Assembly: GCA_012031345.1 (NCBI GenBank)
Contig: JAAUTS010000001.1
Span: forward strand, 1-60,949
DNA: 60,949 bases
Reading direction: 5' to 3'
Origin: Blastochloris sp.
Lineage (GTDB): Bacteria > Verrucomicrobiota > Verrucomicrobiia > Methylacidiphilales > JAAUTS01
The translations under genes and the position numbers were made by a program. Positions 50,400 through 60,949 of this stretch are shown here, piece after piece (positions within the stretch are counted from its first letter, which is position 1; the number at the start of each line of letters is the position of its first letter). The notes under the pieces are model-generated. The model saw only the letters and a list, made by a program, of their open reading frames with translations. It was not told where the DNA came from and did no database searches.

Positions 50400-50951
50400 A
50401 TGATACCAGGCAGTACACAGGTAGGTTTTGAGGCAACCTTGCTTCGTCCGGCAAAACAAGACGCGGAGGTCTCATGGCTTTTTGTGATTTTGCCCAGGGA
50501 GATCAGTGAAAAGCTTCCGCGACGTGGTAAAACCACGGTGACGGGCAGGATCCATACCTGCCCATTTCAAGCCACTCTCGATCCCGATGGCCAGCTCAGT
50601 CACTGGCTTAAAATTGATAAAAAGTTGCAGATCAAGGCAGGCCTCAAGGCCGGGGATAGAGTGTTCCTGGAAATCACACCCCTCCAGGAAGAACCTGAAC
50701 CCGAAGTGCCGGAGGATTTTCTGAAGGCCCTCCAGTTGAACTCCAAAGCCCTGAATGTATGGAATGAAACGACAACGGTGGCGCGATTGGATTGGGTTCA
50801 CTGGATCACTTCAGCAAAACAAGAGAAGACCCGCCTCAAAAGAATCCAGGATGCCAGTGAGATGTTGGCTGCCGGGAAGAAGCGGGTTTGTTGTTTTGAC
50901 CCTTCCGGATTTTATAGCAAGGTCTTCCGTGCACCGGAGGCCGCCCAATAA
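50400..50951 (+). CDS. DUF1905 + YdeI/OmpD-associated domain protein
   Basis: 183 aa. N-terminal beta-barrel-like FEATLLRP...WLFVILP..., C-terminal ...DFLKALQLNSKALNVWNETTTVARLDWVHWITSAKQEKTRLKRI... Confidence 0.6.
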   Translation: MIPGSTQVGFEATLLRPAKQDAEVSWLFVILPREISEKLPRRGKTTVTGRIHTCPFQATLDPDGQLSHWLKIDKKLQIKAGLKAGDRVFLEITPLQEEPEPEVPEDFLKALQLNSKALNVWNETTTVARLDWVHWITSAKQEKTRLKRIQDASEMLAAGKKRVCCFDPSGFYSKVFRAPEAAQ

Positions 50952-50958
50952 GAACCGT

Positions 50959-51510
50959 TCAAATCATCCCGAGCTTCATCTTGCCCACTTCCGTAATCAT
51001 GTTCTGATTCCAAGGCGGGTCCCAAACCAGAAAGACTTCAGCCTCACTCACTCCGGGCACGGTGCTGACCTTGCTCTTGGCGTCGGCTTGAATGGTGGGT
51101 CCCATGCCGCAACCAGGCGCGGTCAGAGTCATTTTCACCTCCACCCGGCGGGTCCCGTCCTCCTTGTCCGTCATGGCCATATCATAAACCAGTCCCAGAT
51201 CCACAATGTTGACCGGAATCTCCGGGTCATAAACCGTTTTGAGTCTTTCCCACAAAAGTTTTTCCGTGGCGGCGGCATCCAGGACTTCGCCCGCCACATG
51301 CTCGGATTCCTCAACCTTTTCCTTGCCCAGGGCGTCCGCATCAACCGCCTCCACCCGGGCCATGCCCAAATCACAAACGATGGTGTAAGAACCCCCCAAA
51401 GATTGAGTAATGCCGACCTCAGTCCCGGCAGGAATGAGGATTTTTTCGCCACTTGGAATTCGGGTGGCGTGGCAGTCGCGGCTTAATTTGATGGGATCGT
51501 GAAGGCTCAT
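50959..51510 (-). CDS. sufT: Fe-S assembly protein SufT-like (DUF59/MIP18 C-terminal domain)
   Basis: 183 aa. ...LKTVYDPEIPVNIVDLGLVY...VKMTLTAPGCGMG.... Last gene of the suf string. Confidence 0.75.
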   Translation of the reverse strand: MSLHDPIKLSRDCHATRIPSGEKILIPAGTEVGITQSLGGSYTIVCDLGMARVEAVDADALGKEKVEESEHVAGEVLDAAATEKLLWERLKTVYDPEIPVNIVDLGLVYDMAMTDKEDGTRRVEVKMTLTAPGCGMGPTIQADAKSKVSTVPGVSEAEVFLVWDPPWNQNMITEVGKMKLGMI

Positions 51511-51534
51511 GGGAGGCTTGGGTTGATTGCTAAA

Positions 51535-52028
51535 CTAGGCTGGATTGCCCGGCTTGAGAAAGGTGATTTTGGGTTTGTGCGAGCTTTGTTCCTGGAGTTT
51601 TCCGAGCAGATGATCCTGATTCTGCACCATGGGATCCAGCTTGCTTCCGGCTTGGTTCGCCGTGCCCAGAGCCTGCTTCAAAGCTTCCTCAACCAGACTT
51701 GCGCAATGAATTTTCATGGGAGGCAAGGGACCCAGCGGGGCCGACAACTCCGCGCCACTGAGATGACGGGCCTCCTCGAGAGTTTTGCCCTGAAGCATTT
51801 CCGTGGCCAGGCTGGCCACGGCGATGGCGGTCTCGCAGCCAAAGGATTGGAATGAGGCCTGATCGATGACCTGACCGGATTCGCCCTGTTTAAATTTCAG
51901 CCAGATCCGCAACATGTCGCCACAACCGGGCTGCCCGCCGTGCCCACGGCATCGGCATCCTTCAGTTCACCCATGTTGATGGGTTTGCTCAGGGTCTCCG
52001 CGATTTTGGTTTCCAAAGATTCCGTCAT
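51535..52028 (-). CDS. IscU/SufU/NifU-N-like Fe-S scaffold (frame break ~51920-51950)
   Basis: ...GCGDMLRIWLKF...SFQSFGCETAIAVASL...PMKIHCASLVEEAL (three scaffold Cys). The N-terminus MTESLETKIAETLSKP... is in another frame. Confidence 0.7.
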
Positions 52029-52060
52029 AATCAGTTTCTCATGATTGAAAGGTTTAACCC

Positions 52061-52624
52061 TCACTCCACCACATAGCGTGGCATGGCCGGGTCAATCTGC
52101 AAGGCCCAGGCATCCTGCCCCCCTTCCAGGCAACGCACCTGGGGGAAGCCGTGACCCACAAAGTAAGAGGCAGCATCCAAAACTTGTTGCCCGCGATGAT
52201 CATAAAACACCAGCAAGCCCTGCTTGTCCTGCTCCGACTTCCATTGGCTCATGAGTTCCTGGTCAAAACGAAGTGCCCCAGGCAGCCGGACCGCTTCAAA
52301 TTCCTCCTTCGATCTCACATCCACCAAGGTCAGAGCCCTTCCCGCATCCATCCAGCCTTTCAATTCTGTGGGAGAAACCAACAGCTTTCTTTCTTCTTCA
52401 TAACCTGCCCGCAAAATTTCGATGACCTGTTCCGGGTTCAAGTTTTCGTTACGATGACAAACCTCCGCCAGTGTCTCTTCGGGACGGAATCCACAACTGC
52501 TGCAACCTCCGATGTGAAAATGACGAAACAAAGTCCGACGCGCTCCCGGCAACTGCTCTTGCAATGCCTGCATGGTGATCTCAGGGCTGAGTTGGGGGGA
52601 GGTCATATCGACTAAACTCAACAT
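52061..52624 (-). CDS. DUF1858 (redox-disulfide-like) + rhodanese-homology domain protein
   Basis: N-terminal HIGGCSSCGF...ETLAEVC. The C-terminal rhodanese fold reads LVDVRSKEEFE...VFYDHRGQQ...GGQDAW, with Asp where the catalytic Cys is expected. Confidence 0.6.
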   Translation of the reverse strand: MLSLVDMTSPQLSPEITMQALQEQLPGARRTLFRHFHIGGCSSCGFRPEETLAEVCHRNENLNPEQVIEILRAGYEEERKLLVSPTELKGWMDAGRALTLVDVRSKEEFEAVRLPGALRFDQELMSQWKSEQDKQGLLVFYDHRGQQVLDAASYFVGHGFPQVRCLEGGQDAWALQIDPAMPRYVVE

Positions 52625-52663
52625 AGCGTGACTCCCGCAGGAGGCACGGCGGAAAAAATTTCC

Positions 52664-54042
52664 TTATTTGGTGCCTTGAAGACTGCGGACGTCGGTTTCA
52701 TCAATCGATTCCGCATCAGACTTGCTCAGTTGAATGTGTCGGGAACGATCAAACTTACGCTCAATCACGCTGCGAATGCCGTCATTGATCTCGGCATGAC
52801 CGAAGCGCTCCAGCACTTCCTCACAAAAGCCCAGTCCGATCAAATATTTGGCCAGAGCCGGAGTGATACCGCGAGCCTGCATGTAAAAAAGTTCGTCCCG
52901 ATCGATCTGTCCCGTGGTCGCTCCATGGGTGCATTTGACATCGTCATTTTCGATTTCCAAGCCGGGCATGGAGTCTGCCTCGGCCTCGGGATTGAGCAGA
53001 AGGTTGCGGTTCTTTTGGTAGGCATCAGTCTGACGCGCCCCGTGCTCCACCTTGATCAGACCTTTGAAGATGGTTTTGGAACGATGATTGAGAGTGTTCT
53101 TGAAAAGAAGATCGCTCCAGGTGTGCGGGGCCTTGTGATCCTGCAGGGTGCGTTGGTCGAACTGTTGCCGATCATGTGCCGTGGTCAAAGCCAGCATTTC
53201 ACTGCGGGCACCACTGCCCAGAAGCTGGGAATGGGTCTCGACCCGTGCGTAGCTGCCGCCCATGTTAACGTGGAAAACTTTGCTGGAAGCATCCTGATGA
53301 ACCGAAGTGGCACCGAGCTGCAAGGAGAGACTTTGCTCACTCCAAAGTTGCAGGGCCAGATAATCCAAAGAGGCCCCACGCGCGGCCACCAAATCGTTGA
53401 CGGAACAGGCAAAGGCAGGTTCTTCATCCAGACTGCGGAAGCTTTCCATGACCAGCACGCGGCTGTTCTCCTCCGCGACAACCAGCGTGTGTGGAAACAC
53501 GGCCGTGTGACGACCGGAAACACTGTGTTGGATGAGGAAAGGTTTCTCGATGATGACGTTTTTCGGCACGTAAAGAAGCACTCCGGCCCGACAGTAGGCC
53601 TCATGCAGGGCGGCAAATTTCTCCGAACCCAAGCGGCTGGCCGTGGCCATGAAATGTTTTTCCACCAATTCAGGATGCTGCTGGCGGGCGGTGGCCAGGT
53701 TCTCCCAAATCACACCCTGTTTGCTCAAGCTTTCAGGCAGGGACTGAAAGGCGATGACCGCATCATTAAAAAAACGGCTGAGGCTGTGTGCGGCACCGCG
53801 TTCTGGGCCAATCGAAGCGCTTCTTCTTTCTCGCCGCCATCCAGATCCGACTCCAACAAAGCCTGATAGGGTTCCAAATCCAACAATCCCACATTGGCAA
53901 AACGCCAGTCCTCATCCTTGCGCTTGGGCATGGGAAGGCTTTGATAACGTTTCCACGCCTCCAATTGACGGGAGGCGAGTTTGGGCTCAGTCGAGAGGAA
54001 TTCCCCCGAAGGACCGCTGACCAATAAATGACCTGGATTCAT
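52664..54042 (-). CDS. sufD: Fe-S cluster assembly protein SufD (frame break ~53730-53760)
   Basis: SufBD beta-helix region ...NTLNHRSKTIFKGLIKVEHGARQTDAYQKNRNLLL...DDVKCTHGATTGQID.... The N-terminal piece is in ORF 53725..54153. The start at 54042 is tentative. Confidence 0.8.
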
Positions 54043-54174
54043 GTGACGTGAAGGTGCTTGCCTGTGCAGGATGGTGTCGGGTGGCGGATTGCATGTCATG
54101 AGCTTAGGCGGCGGAATTTGGATCGCTTGAATCCCCCCCCGCCCCAGGCTCACTCCTGCCAGGACCGGGACGGA

Positions 54175-54408
54175 TCAGTTTCCGTCGTTCCCGATGGCTT
54201 CCACCGGGCAACCTTCCATGGCTTCCCTGCAAAGAGCTTCTTCCTCTTCGCTCTCAGGCTGCTTGAAGACGAAGGAATGTCCGCCATCGTCATTGCGGGT
54301 GAAGTTGGCGGGAGCAGTTTCACGGCACAAATCGCAGTCGATGCATTGATTGTCCACGTAGAATTTGCCGCCGATGTTGTCGGGGTATTTATTTGCGATG
54401 TCTGCCAT
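54175..54408 (-). CDS. small ferredoxin (single-cluster, Fer4_13-like)
   Basis: 77 aa. YVDNQCIDCDLCRETAP...EGCPVEAI. Confidence 0.8.
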   Translation of the reverse strand: MADIANKYPDNIGGKFYVDNQCIDCDLCRETAPANFTRNDDGGHSFVFKQPESEEEEALCREAMEGCPVEAIGNDGN

Positions 54409-54441
54409 AGAATATAATTAAGCTGAGGTTAAGCGAAAAAG

Positions 54442-55846
54442 TTAGCCAACCGATCCTTCCATTTCAAGATCGATCAAACGTTTTAATTCCACGCTGTATT
54501 CCATGGGAATTGATTGACCAGATCGTTGACAAATCCATTGACACTCAGGCTCATCGCTTGGGCTTCGGTCAAGCCACGCTGCTGCATGTAGAAGATCTGC
54601 TCCGCACTGACCTTACTCACACTGGCCTCGTGCTGCACGGAGTTCTCCTCACCCCGCACTGTGATGGCCGGGTAGGTGTCGGTGCGCGACTCGGAGTTGA
54701 TGAGCAGCGCGTCGCATTCCGTGTTGTTTTGCAACCCTTGAGGTGGCGTGGGATGTGAACCAGCCCACGGTAAGAGGAGCGACCTTTTCCGATGCTGATG
54801 CTCTTGGAAACGATGTTGCTGGTGGTTTCATCCGCCGCGTGGATCATCTTGGCCCCGGTGTCCTGATGCTGACCGTTGTTGGCCAGAGCGATGCTGATGA
54901 CCTCTCCACGGGCCTTGCGACCTTTGAGAATGACGCCGGGATATTTCATGGTCAGGCGGGAACCGATGTTGCAATCAATCCACTTCACTTCCGCCTCTTC
55001 CATGGCCAGGGCACGCTTGGTGACCAAATTGAAGACATTCGCGCTCCAGTTCTGCACGGTGATGTATTGCATCTTGGCGCCTTTCAAGGCGACCAGCTCA
55101 ACCACAGCACTATGCAGAGTGGCAGTCTCAAATTTAGGCGCCGTGCAGCCCTCCATGTAGGTAACTTCCGAGCCTTCGTCGGCGATGATCAGAGTGCGCT
55201 CAAATTGACCGAAGTTTTCCGCATTGATTCTGAAATAGGCTTGCAGGGGGTGCTTCACTTTGACCCCCTTGGGCACGTAGATGAAGCTGCCACCGCTGAA
55301 TACAGCACTGTTCAACGCCGCATATTTGTTGTCCGCCGTGGGAATGACCTTACCGAACCAGGGCCGGAAGATTTCCGGATATTTATCCAGACCTTCCTTA
55401 CTGCCGACAAAGATAACGCCTTGATCCGAGAGTGCTTCCTTCATGTTGGAATAGGCCGCCTCACTGTCGAACTGCGCCTCCACTCCGGCCAGGAATTTGC
55501 GTTCCTTCTCAGGAATTCCCAGACGCTCAAAGGTCCGCTTCACATCCTCCGGCACTTCTTCCCAGGTCCGTTTGGCCGTTTGGTCCTTGGCCAGATAGTA
55601 ACGGATGTTGTCGTAATGAATGTTTTCCAAGTCCTTGCTGGCCCAATGGGTCGGGTTGGGTTTGCTGCGAAAAACCTCCAAAGCTTTGAGGCGGAATTCC
55701 CTCACCCATTGCGGATCTTTTTTGACATCGGCAATGTAATTGACCACTTCCTCACTCAAGCCATACCCGGCATCGTAGGCGTAGTCCTCCGGGTAGGAAA
55801 AATTTCCAGAATCAATGTCCAGGTCCAGATCAGGTTTGGTGTTCAT
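54442..55846 (-). CDS. sufB: Fe-S cluster assembly protein SufB (frame breaks ~54720 and ~54505)
   Basis: Typical SufB throughout (…[26 protein letters not shown]…[21 protein letters not shown]…). After correction the C-terminus reads [21 protein letters not shown], stop at 54442-54444. Confidence 0.9.
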
Positions 55847-55881
55847 ATTATATTATCAATGTAGCCGGATTTTGTGATGTC

Positions 55882-56640
55882 TCAAACCGCAGCCGTTTCC
55901 TCTTTTAAAAGCCAATCGTAGCCTTTTTCCTCCAACTCCAAAGCCAGACTCTTGTCTCCGGTCCGGATGATGCGCCCATCTGCCATCACATGCACCACGT
56001 CCGGGACGATGTGATTGAGGAGGCGTTGGTAGTGGGTGATGACCAGCATCCCGATCTGGGGGCCGCGCAGTTTGTTGACGCCTTCCGATACAATACGCAG
56101 GGCATCGATGTCCAAACCGCTGTCGGTTTCATCCAGAACCGCATAGGAAGGTTCCAACATCGACATCTGTAAAATTTCACAACGCTTTTTTTCACCGCCG
56201 GAAAAGCCATCATTGACCGCCCGGGCCGTGAAGCTGCGGTTCATCTCGAGCGAATCCATTTTGGCGTAGAGCTTTTGGTAATATTCCACCGCATCCATTT
56301 CCTCGCCTTCAGGCAAGCGGGCCTGCAAGGCTGCCCGGATGAAGTTGGCGATGGTGACCCCTGGGATCTCGCTGGGATATTGAAAAGCCAAAAATAGACC
56401 CAGACGCGCCCGCACATCGGCCTCCAACTCCAGAATGTTTTGCCCATCCAAAAGAACCTCCCCCTCCGTCACCTCATAATCCGGATGGCCTGCCATCACC
56501 TTGGCCAGCGTGCTCTTACCCGAACCATTGGGTCCCATGATGGCGTGAACCTGTCCTTTTTGGATGCTGAGATTCAGACCTTTCAGGATCTCACGACCTT
56601 CGATGTTTGCGTGTAAGTTCTTAATTTCCAATGAATTCAT
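55882..56640 (-). CDS. sufC: Fe-S cluster assembly ATPase SufC
   Basis: Start at the ATG at 56640. [28 protein letters not shown] and ITHYQRLL. Confidence 0.9.
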   Translation of the reverse strand: MNSLEIKNLHANIEGREILKGLNLSIQKGQVHAIMGPNGSGKSTLAKVMAGHPDYEVTEGEVLLDGQNILELEADVRARLGLFLAFQYPSEIPGVTIANFIRAALQARLPEGEEMDAVEYYQKLYAKMDSLEMNRSFTARAVNDGFSGGEKKRCEILQMSMLEPSYAVLDETDSGLDIDALRIVSEGVNKLRGPQIGMLVITHYQRLLNHIVPDVVHVMADGRIIRTGDKSLALELEEKGYDWLLKEETAAV

Positions 56641-56839
56641 GACGGAACTATAGACGAACGAGACGCGGACGCAAAAGGAAAAGAATCGCGTCGATAAGCC
56701 CTCATATAAAAGAAAAACTAATAGATTCAGGCAGGGGAGATACTGCCCGGCGTCCACGCAAAAATGATTTCTTACCTTAATCGCAGGATCGTTGGGGTGA
56801 ACATTGCTTTTTCAGCAGACCACACTACCTGTCTCCTTT

Positions 56840-58365
56840 ATGCACGCTTTCTGGATTCTCGGCGACCAACTCTCCCCTACTCATCCTGCTCTGAAGTTGG
56901 CGAAGTCGGACGACATCTTCCTCCTTCTGGAATCCTCCCACCGCGCCGGGAAGCTTCGCTACCACCAACATAAGCTGGTGCTCCTCTACTCCGCCATGCG
57001 CCACTACGCCGAGGAACTCCGTCAGCAGGGATTCCGCGTTCATTACCATGCTTTGGAAGATGGCCCCCAGGACTACTTGAAATCCCTGCAAGCCTTCGTC
57101 CAGGAATTCCAACCGGAATCCATCACCGTCATGCAACCCAACGAATGGGCCATGCAGGAGGCTTTACCCGCTCTTTCCAAAAAAATCAAAACCCCCATCC
57201 AGCTCCTGCCCAGCAACCAGTTTCTGGTCTCGCGTGACGATTTCCAACGCTGGGCTTCCGGCAAAAAAAGCCTGCTCATGGCCTCGCATTATCAAACCCA
57301 GCGCCGTCGCCTGAACATCCTGATCGACGAGCAAGGCGAACCGGAAGGAGGCCAATGGAGCTACGACAGCGAGAACCGGGAGGGAGCCAAAAGTTTTGCC
57401 CGTCAATCCCCCAGCCGTCCCCCCGCTGCCCCGGCCCCAACACGACGCCATCACACGCAGCGTGATCAAGACCGTCAAAAAACTTTTCCCCGAACATCCC
57501 GGTCAGGCCGAAACTTTCTGGCTGCCGGTGACACGCCGGGAGTCGCTCGTCTGGTTGGAACATTTCATCACCCATAAACTAGGCAACTTCGGTCCCTACG
57601 AAGACGCCATGATCGACGCCGAGCCCGTGCTTTTCCACTCCGTGCTTTCACCCATGTTGAATCTCGGTCTGCTCAGCCCCATGGAATGTGTCAACGCCGC
57701 GCTCAAAGCCTATCATGAAAAGAAAGCGCCCCTGGCCTCGGTCGAAGGCTTCATCCGCCAAATCATCGGCTGGAGGGAATTTATCCACGGCATCTACTGG
57801 TTGAAAATGCCCGGCTATCTGGATTCCAACGCCCTGCAAGCCGAGCGTCCCCTGCCCTCCTGGATTTACTCCGGGGAGACCGACCTGAATTGCCTGCGCC
57901 AATGCATCACCCAGGCCCGCGAGACCGGTTACAACCATCATATTCAGCGCCTGATGGTTTTGGGTAATTTCTTCATCCTCAGCGGCTGCCAACCCCGCGC
58001 CGTGGTGGATTGGTATCTCGAAATGTACGTGGACGCCTACGACTGGGTCATGCAACCCAATGTCCTCGGCATGGTGCTCTACGCGGATGGCGGCCTCTTC
58101 GCCACCAAACCTTACATCGCGGGCAGTGGTTACATCTCACGCATGAGCAATTATTGCGACTCCTGCCGCTACCAACCCGAGCTCGAAAACCGGGCCCCAG
58201 GCCTGCCCTTTCAATTCCCTGTATTGGAACTTCATCAGCCAACATGCCGGACTCATCAAAAAAAATCCACGCATGGGCATGATGCTCCGAACTTGGGAAA
58301 AAAAATCCCCAGCCGACAAGAAAACCGTCATCGAGTCCGCGCAAAAGTTCCTTGCCCAGCTCTGA
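56840..58365 (+). CDS. cryptochrome/photolyase-family protein, FeS-BCP ((6-4) photolyase PhrB/CryB-like) (at least 3 frame breaks)
   Basis: N-terminus FWILGDQL...HQHKLVLL.... The C-terminal Cys motif SNYCDSCRY...ACPFNSLYWNFI is only recovered by frame switching at ~57390, ~58200 and the A-runs at ~58260-58305. Stop at 58363-58365. Confidence 0.7.
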
Positions 58366-58438
58366 AGATCAGCGCACCCAACTAAAATCACCAATTCAAC
58401 CATCCTTCCCGCACAAGAGACGCAATCTCATTAATGTG

Positions 58439-58466
58439 TTGACATGATGAGAATTTGTCTCATTAT
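58439..58466 (+). promoter_or_regulatory. candidate sigma70-like promoter with embedded inverted repeat
   Basis: TTGACA (58439-58444) - N16 - CATTAT (58461-58466). TGAGA-N5-TCTCA (58448-58462) lies in the spacer. Confidence 0.3.
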
Positions 58467-58473
58467 GCGATCC

Positions 58474-60653
58474 ATGAACGCATCTTATTGCCATCGGATT
58501 GTAACCTTTTCTTTAAAACCTTTGTTCCTGGCCTCCGCCTTGTTGAGTGCTCCCCTGCTTCTTCTCGCTGCCGAGACCAACCCCGAGGCCAGTTCCAGCG
58601 CCGCCAAGGCAAAACTGAACCAACCCGCCCTCGTCTCAAATGAGACTTTACCCGAGGTTCTCGTGCAGGCCCCTGGCACTGCTGCTGAGTTAAATTATCT
58701 GCCACCAACTCAGGGAACTCAGATTTTGCGGGAAAAAAAACAACACTGACTCGTTTGGAAGAATTACCTCAAATTCAAAACAACAATTACAGGCAGTTGT
58801 TTGCCAAAACTCCCGGCCTTCTTGTCTCCGAACAAACCAATGCCAGCCAAATCAACATGAACTATCGCGGTATTGGCGATCCTCACGAAGCTGAACAACT
58901 CCTCAATCTCAAGGACGGCATTCCCCAATCTGCCGATTGGTTCGGCTACTCCACCCTCTACGCTCTACCCCCAGCGGAAAGCATCGAGCGCGTCGAGGTC
59001 GTCCGCGGCGGCTCGTCCCTCCTCTATGGCCCCCAGCCCGGCCCGGTTGTCAACTACGTCACCAAACGTCCCCCCCTCGACAAAAAAATCACCGGCAGCA
59101 CCCAACACATCGTCGGATCGGACGGCCTCTACACCTCCTACAACAACGTGGGCGGAACGGTGGATCGGGTTGGTTATTCCCTGACCTACTACCACAAGCA
59201 ACAAGATGGAACACGGGATAATGCCGACAGCACCGTCAACGGTGGAAATATCCAGATTGCCCTGGACGCTGATAAATCCACGCGCTGGTTTCTGGACATC
59301 AACGTCTATGACTCGGAAAGCGGCGAGCCCGGTCGCCTGAGCGCGGGACAATACAGCGTCAGCCGCGATACGGTGACGACACCGAACGACCGCCTCTTCA
59401 TCCAGCGCCATTCCGGTTCCCTCACGGTTGAACACGATATCTCATCCGACACCCTGCTTGTGACCAAAGCCTGGGCGGGTTATCAGGAACGCAAAAGCCG
59501 CCGCCCCGGTGCCACCAACAACGCCACGATCGACACGCGCGAGTTTCAATTCGGCGGCGTCGATGCGCGCATCCTGCACAACTACGAATGGTTCGAGAAC
59601 AAACATGTGTTGACCGGAGGCTTCACCGTTTACTCTGCGGACAATCCACGCAACCGGGAAGTTGCGACCGGGAACCCCTTGGCCACCTCGGGCACGGAAG
59701 TATTCGACTTGGATAACAGCACCAACTACGGCGCCTATTTTATTGAAAACAAATTCACCTTCGACCGCCTCAGCATCGTCCCGTCGCTGCGCGTGGAGAA
59801 TATTGCGGTCAGCGTCAAAGAAAACCTCAGCAACCAAGCCCGTGGCGCGCAAGAAGCGGACTACCTGCAAGTGGTTCCCCTCGTCGGATTGGGCCTGGAA
59901 TACGATCTGGGACAACAAAACGCCGTCTATGCCAACCTTTCTCAAGGCTACCGCCCTCAGACCTACGACGCCCTGCTCAACCCCACCTCCGCTGGACTGC
60001 CCAACAGTAATCTGGAGGAATCCGAGACCTGGACCTACGAATTCGGTTTCCGTGGCCAACCCACCACGTGGTTCAGCTATGACACCTCGTTGTTCTACAC
60101 CGACTACGATAACTACTTCGAGACCACGGGAGCAGGAATCACCACCGTCACCACCAACTCCGGTCGCGCCATCTTCAAGGGTTGGGAAGCGGCACTGGAA
60201 ATGAACTTCATCGGCCTCTACGACAGCCTGGCCCATTCCGATCTTTCCCGACGCATCGGCACCCTAAGTGCCTACTCCAACCTCAGTCTGCTCTCCGCTG
60301 AATTTGTGGCAGGAGCCAATGAAGGACGTGAACCCGGTTACGCCCCGGAATATGCCTATAAGACAGGTCTGATTTATCGTTATGAGGACAAAGTCAAGCT
60401 GGCCCTGCTCGGGACCATGTTCGGCAACCACGACTGGCGTGACAGCAACGTGGCCGCCAACGGTGTTGACGAAATCCCCGCCTATGGAGTCTGGGATCTG
60501 ACCGCGGAAGTGGCGGTCTATCGTGACTACGTCAAACTCCTGGGAGGCATCAACAACCTCTTTGACGAGGACTACTTCTCCCGGGTCAGAACCGACGGCA
60601 TCGAACCCGCAGCTCGCCGCAACTTCTACGTTGGCGTCAACCTGTCATTCTAA
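58474..60653 (+). CDS. TonB-dependent outer-membrane receptor (frame break ~58735-58750 in an A-run)
   Basis: Signal peptide in ORF 58444..58749. Plug (…RVEVVRGGSSLLYGPQPGP…), a 22-strand barrel and a C-terminal …FYVGVNLSF. Confidence 0.85.
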
Positions 60654-60667
60654 AAAACTCAGAGACT

Positions 60668-60697
60668 GGCTGTAGCCATGCCCTACAGCCGGTTTCA
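60668..60697 (+). terminator. possible terminator hairpin after the TonB-dependent receptor gene
   Basis: ggctgtag (60668-60675) / ctacagcc (60683-60690), then a weak T-tract. Confidence 0.35.
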
Positions 60698-60949
60698 TTC
60701 CTTCATCACCTCAAGTCGGAAGAAAACTCCTGGATCCGCACGGAAGGCTCGGGAAAAAAGCCTCGATCTCAAACTGAGTCCCGAGTTTCACCATCTAAGA
60801 AGACACTGATTTAACCGCCAAGACGCGATGACCGCTAAGAAAGAAAAATAAATTCCTCTGTAAAAAACCCGGCTTTCTTCGCGATCTTTGTGTCTTTGCG
60901 GTTTGATTGCCTTTAATCAGCGGTTCCCTAATCCAGAACCACATCTCAT

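Noticed and set aside
52628-53866. 412-aa plus-strand ORF over sufD
   Set aside because: Antisense to the SufBD beta-helix coding frame. No motifs.
54743-55864. 373-aa plus-strand ORF over sufB
   Set aside because: Antisense to an unmistakable SufB frame.
59442-60236. 264-aa ORF antisense to the TonB-dependent receptor
   Set aside because: Shadow ORF. The receptor frame has plug, barrel and terminal-Phe signatures.

Overview
61-kb chromosomal segment. Gene families and non-Shine-Dalgarno leaders fit a PVC/Verrucomicrobia-like bacterium, but this is inference only; no database search was possible. Backbone genes: argS, ptsN-like, rpsT, rdgB, a DEAD-box helicase, sdhCAB, folC, accD, comF, accA, a ~1200-aa pyruvate:ferredoxin oxidoreductase, ABC/MscS/HtrA-like/AsmA-like envelope genes, rsmD, a sufC-sufB-fdx-sufD-rhodanese-sufU-sufT cluster, an FeS-BCP-type photolyase and a TonB-dependent receptor. 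Two accessory islands stand out. (i) 4.9-10.0 kb is a visibly AT-richer seven-gene minus-strand operon. Its first gene looks like a gasdermin N-domain-only pore former, followed by LecA-like, SGNH-hydrolase and alpha/beta-hydrolase genes, two envelope proteins and an H-type lectin. No protease is present. (ii) 41.0-50.1 kb is a chromosomal integron: intI (IntI-specific insertion plus an N-terminal extension), attI, and about 15 co-oriented cassettes bounded by attC sites. The cassettes include two toxin-antitoxin modules, orphan immunity-like genes and one ORF-less cassette. Three attC sites are truncated or degenerate. Many housekeeping genes are split by single-base frame breaks, where inspected at short homopolymers. 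The simplest reading is assembly or sequencing indels, so such genes are reported as single CDS spans with approximate break positions. Several intergenic repeat families are present. No rRNA, tRNA or CRISPR array was seen.
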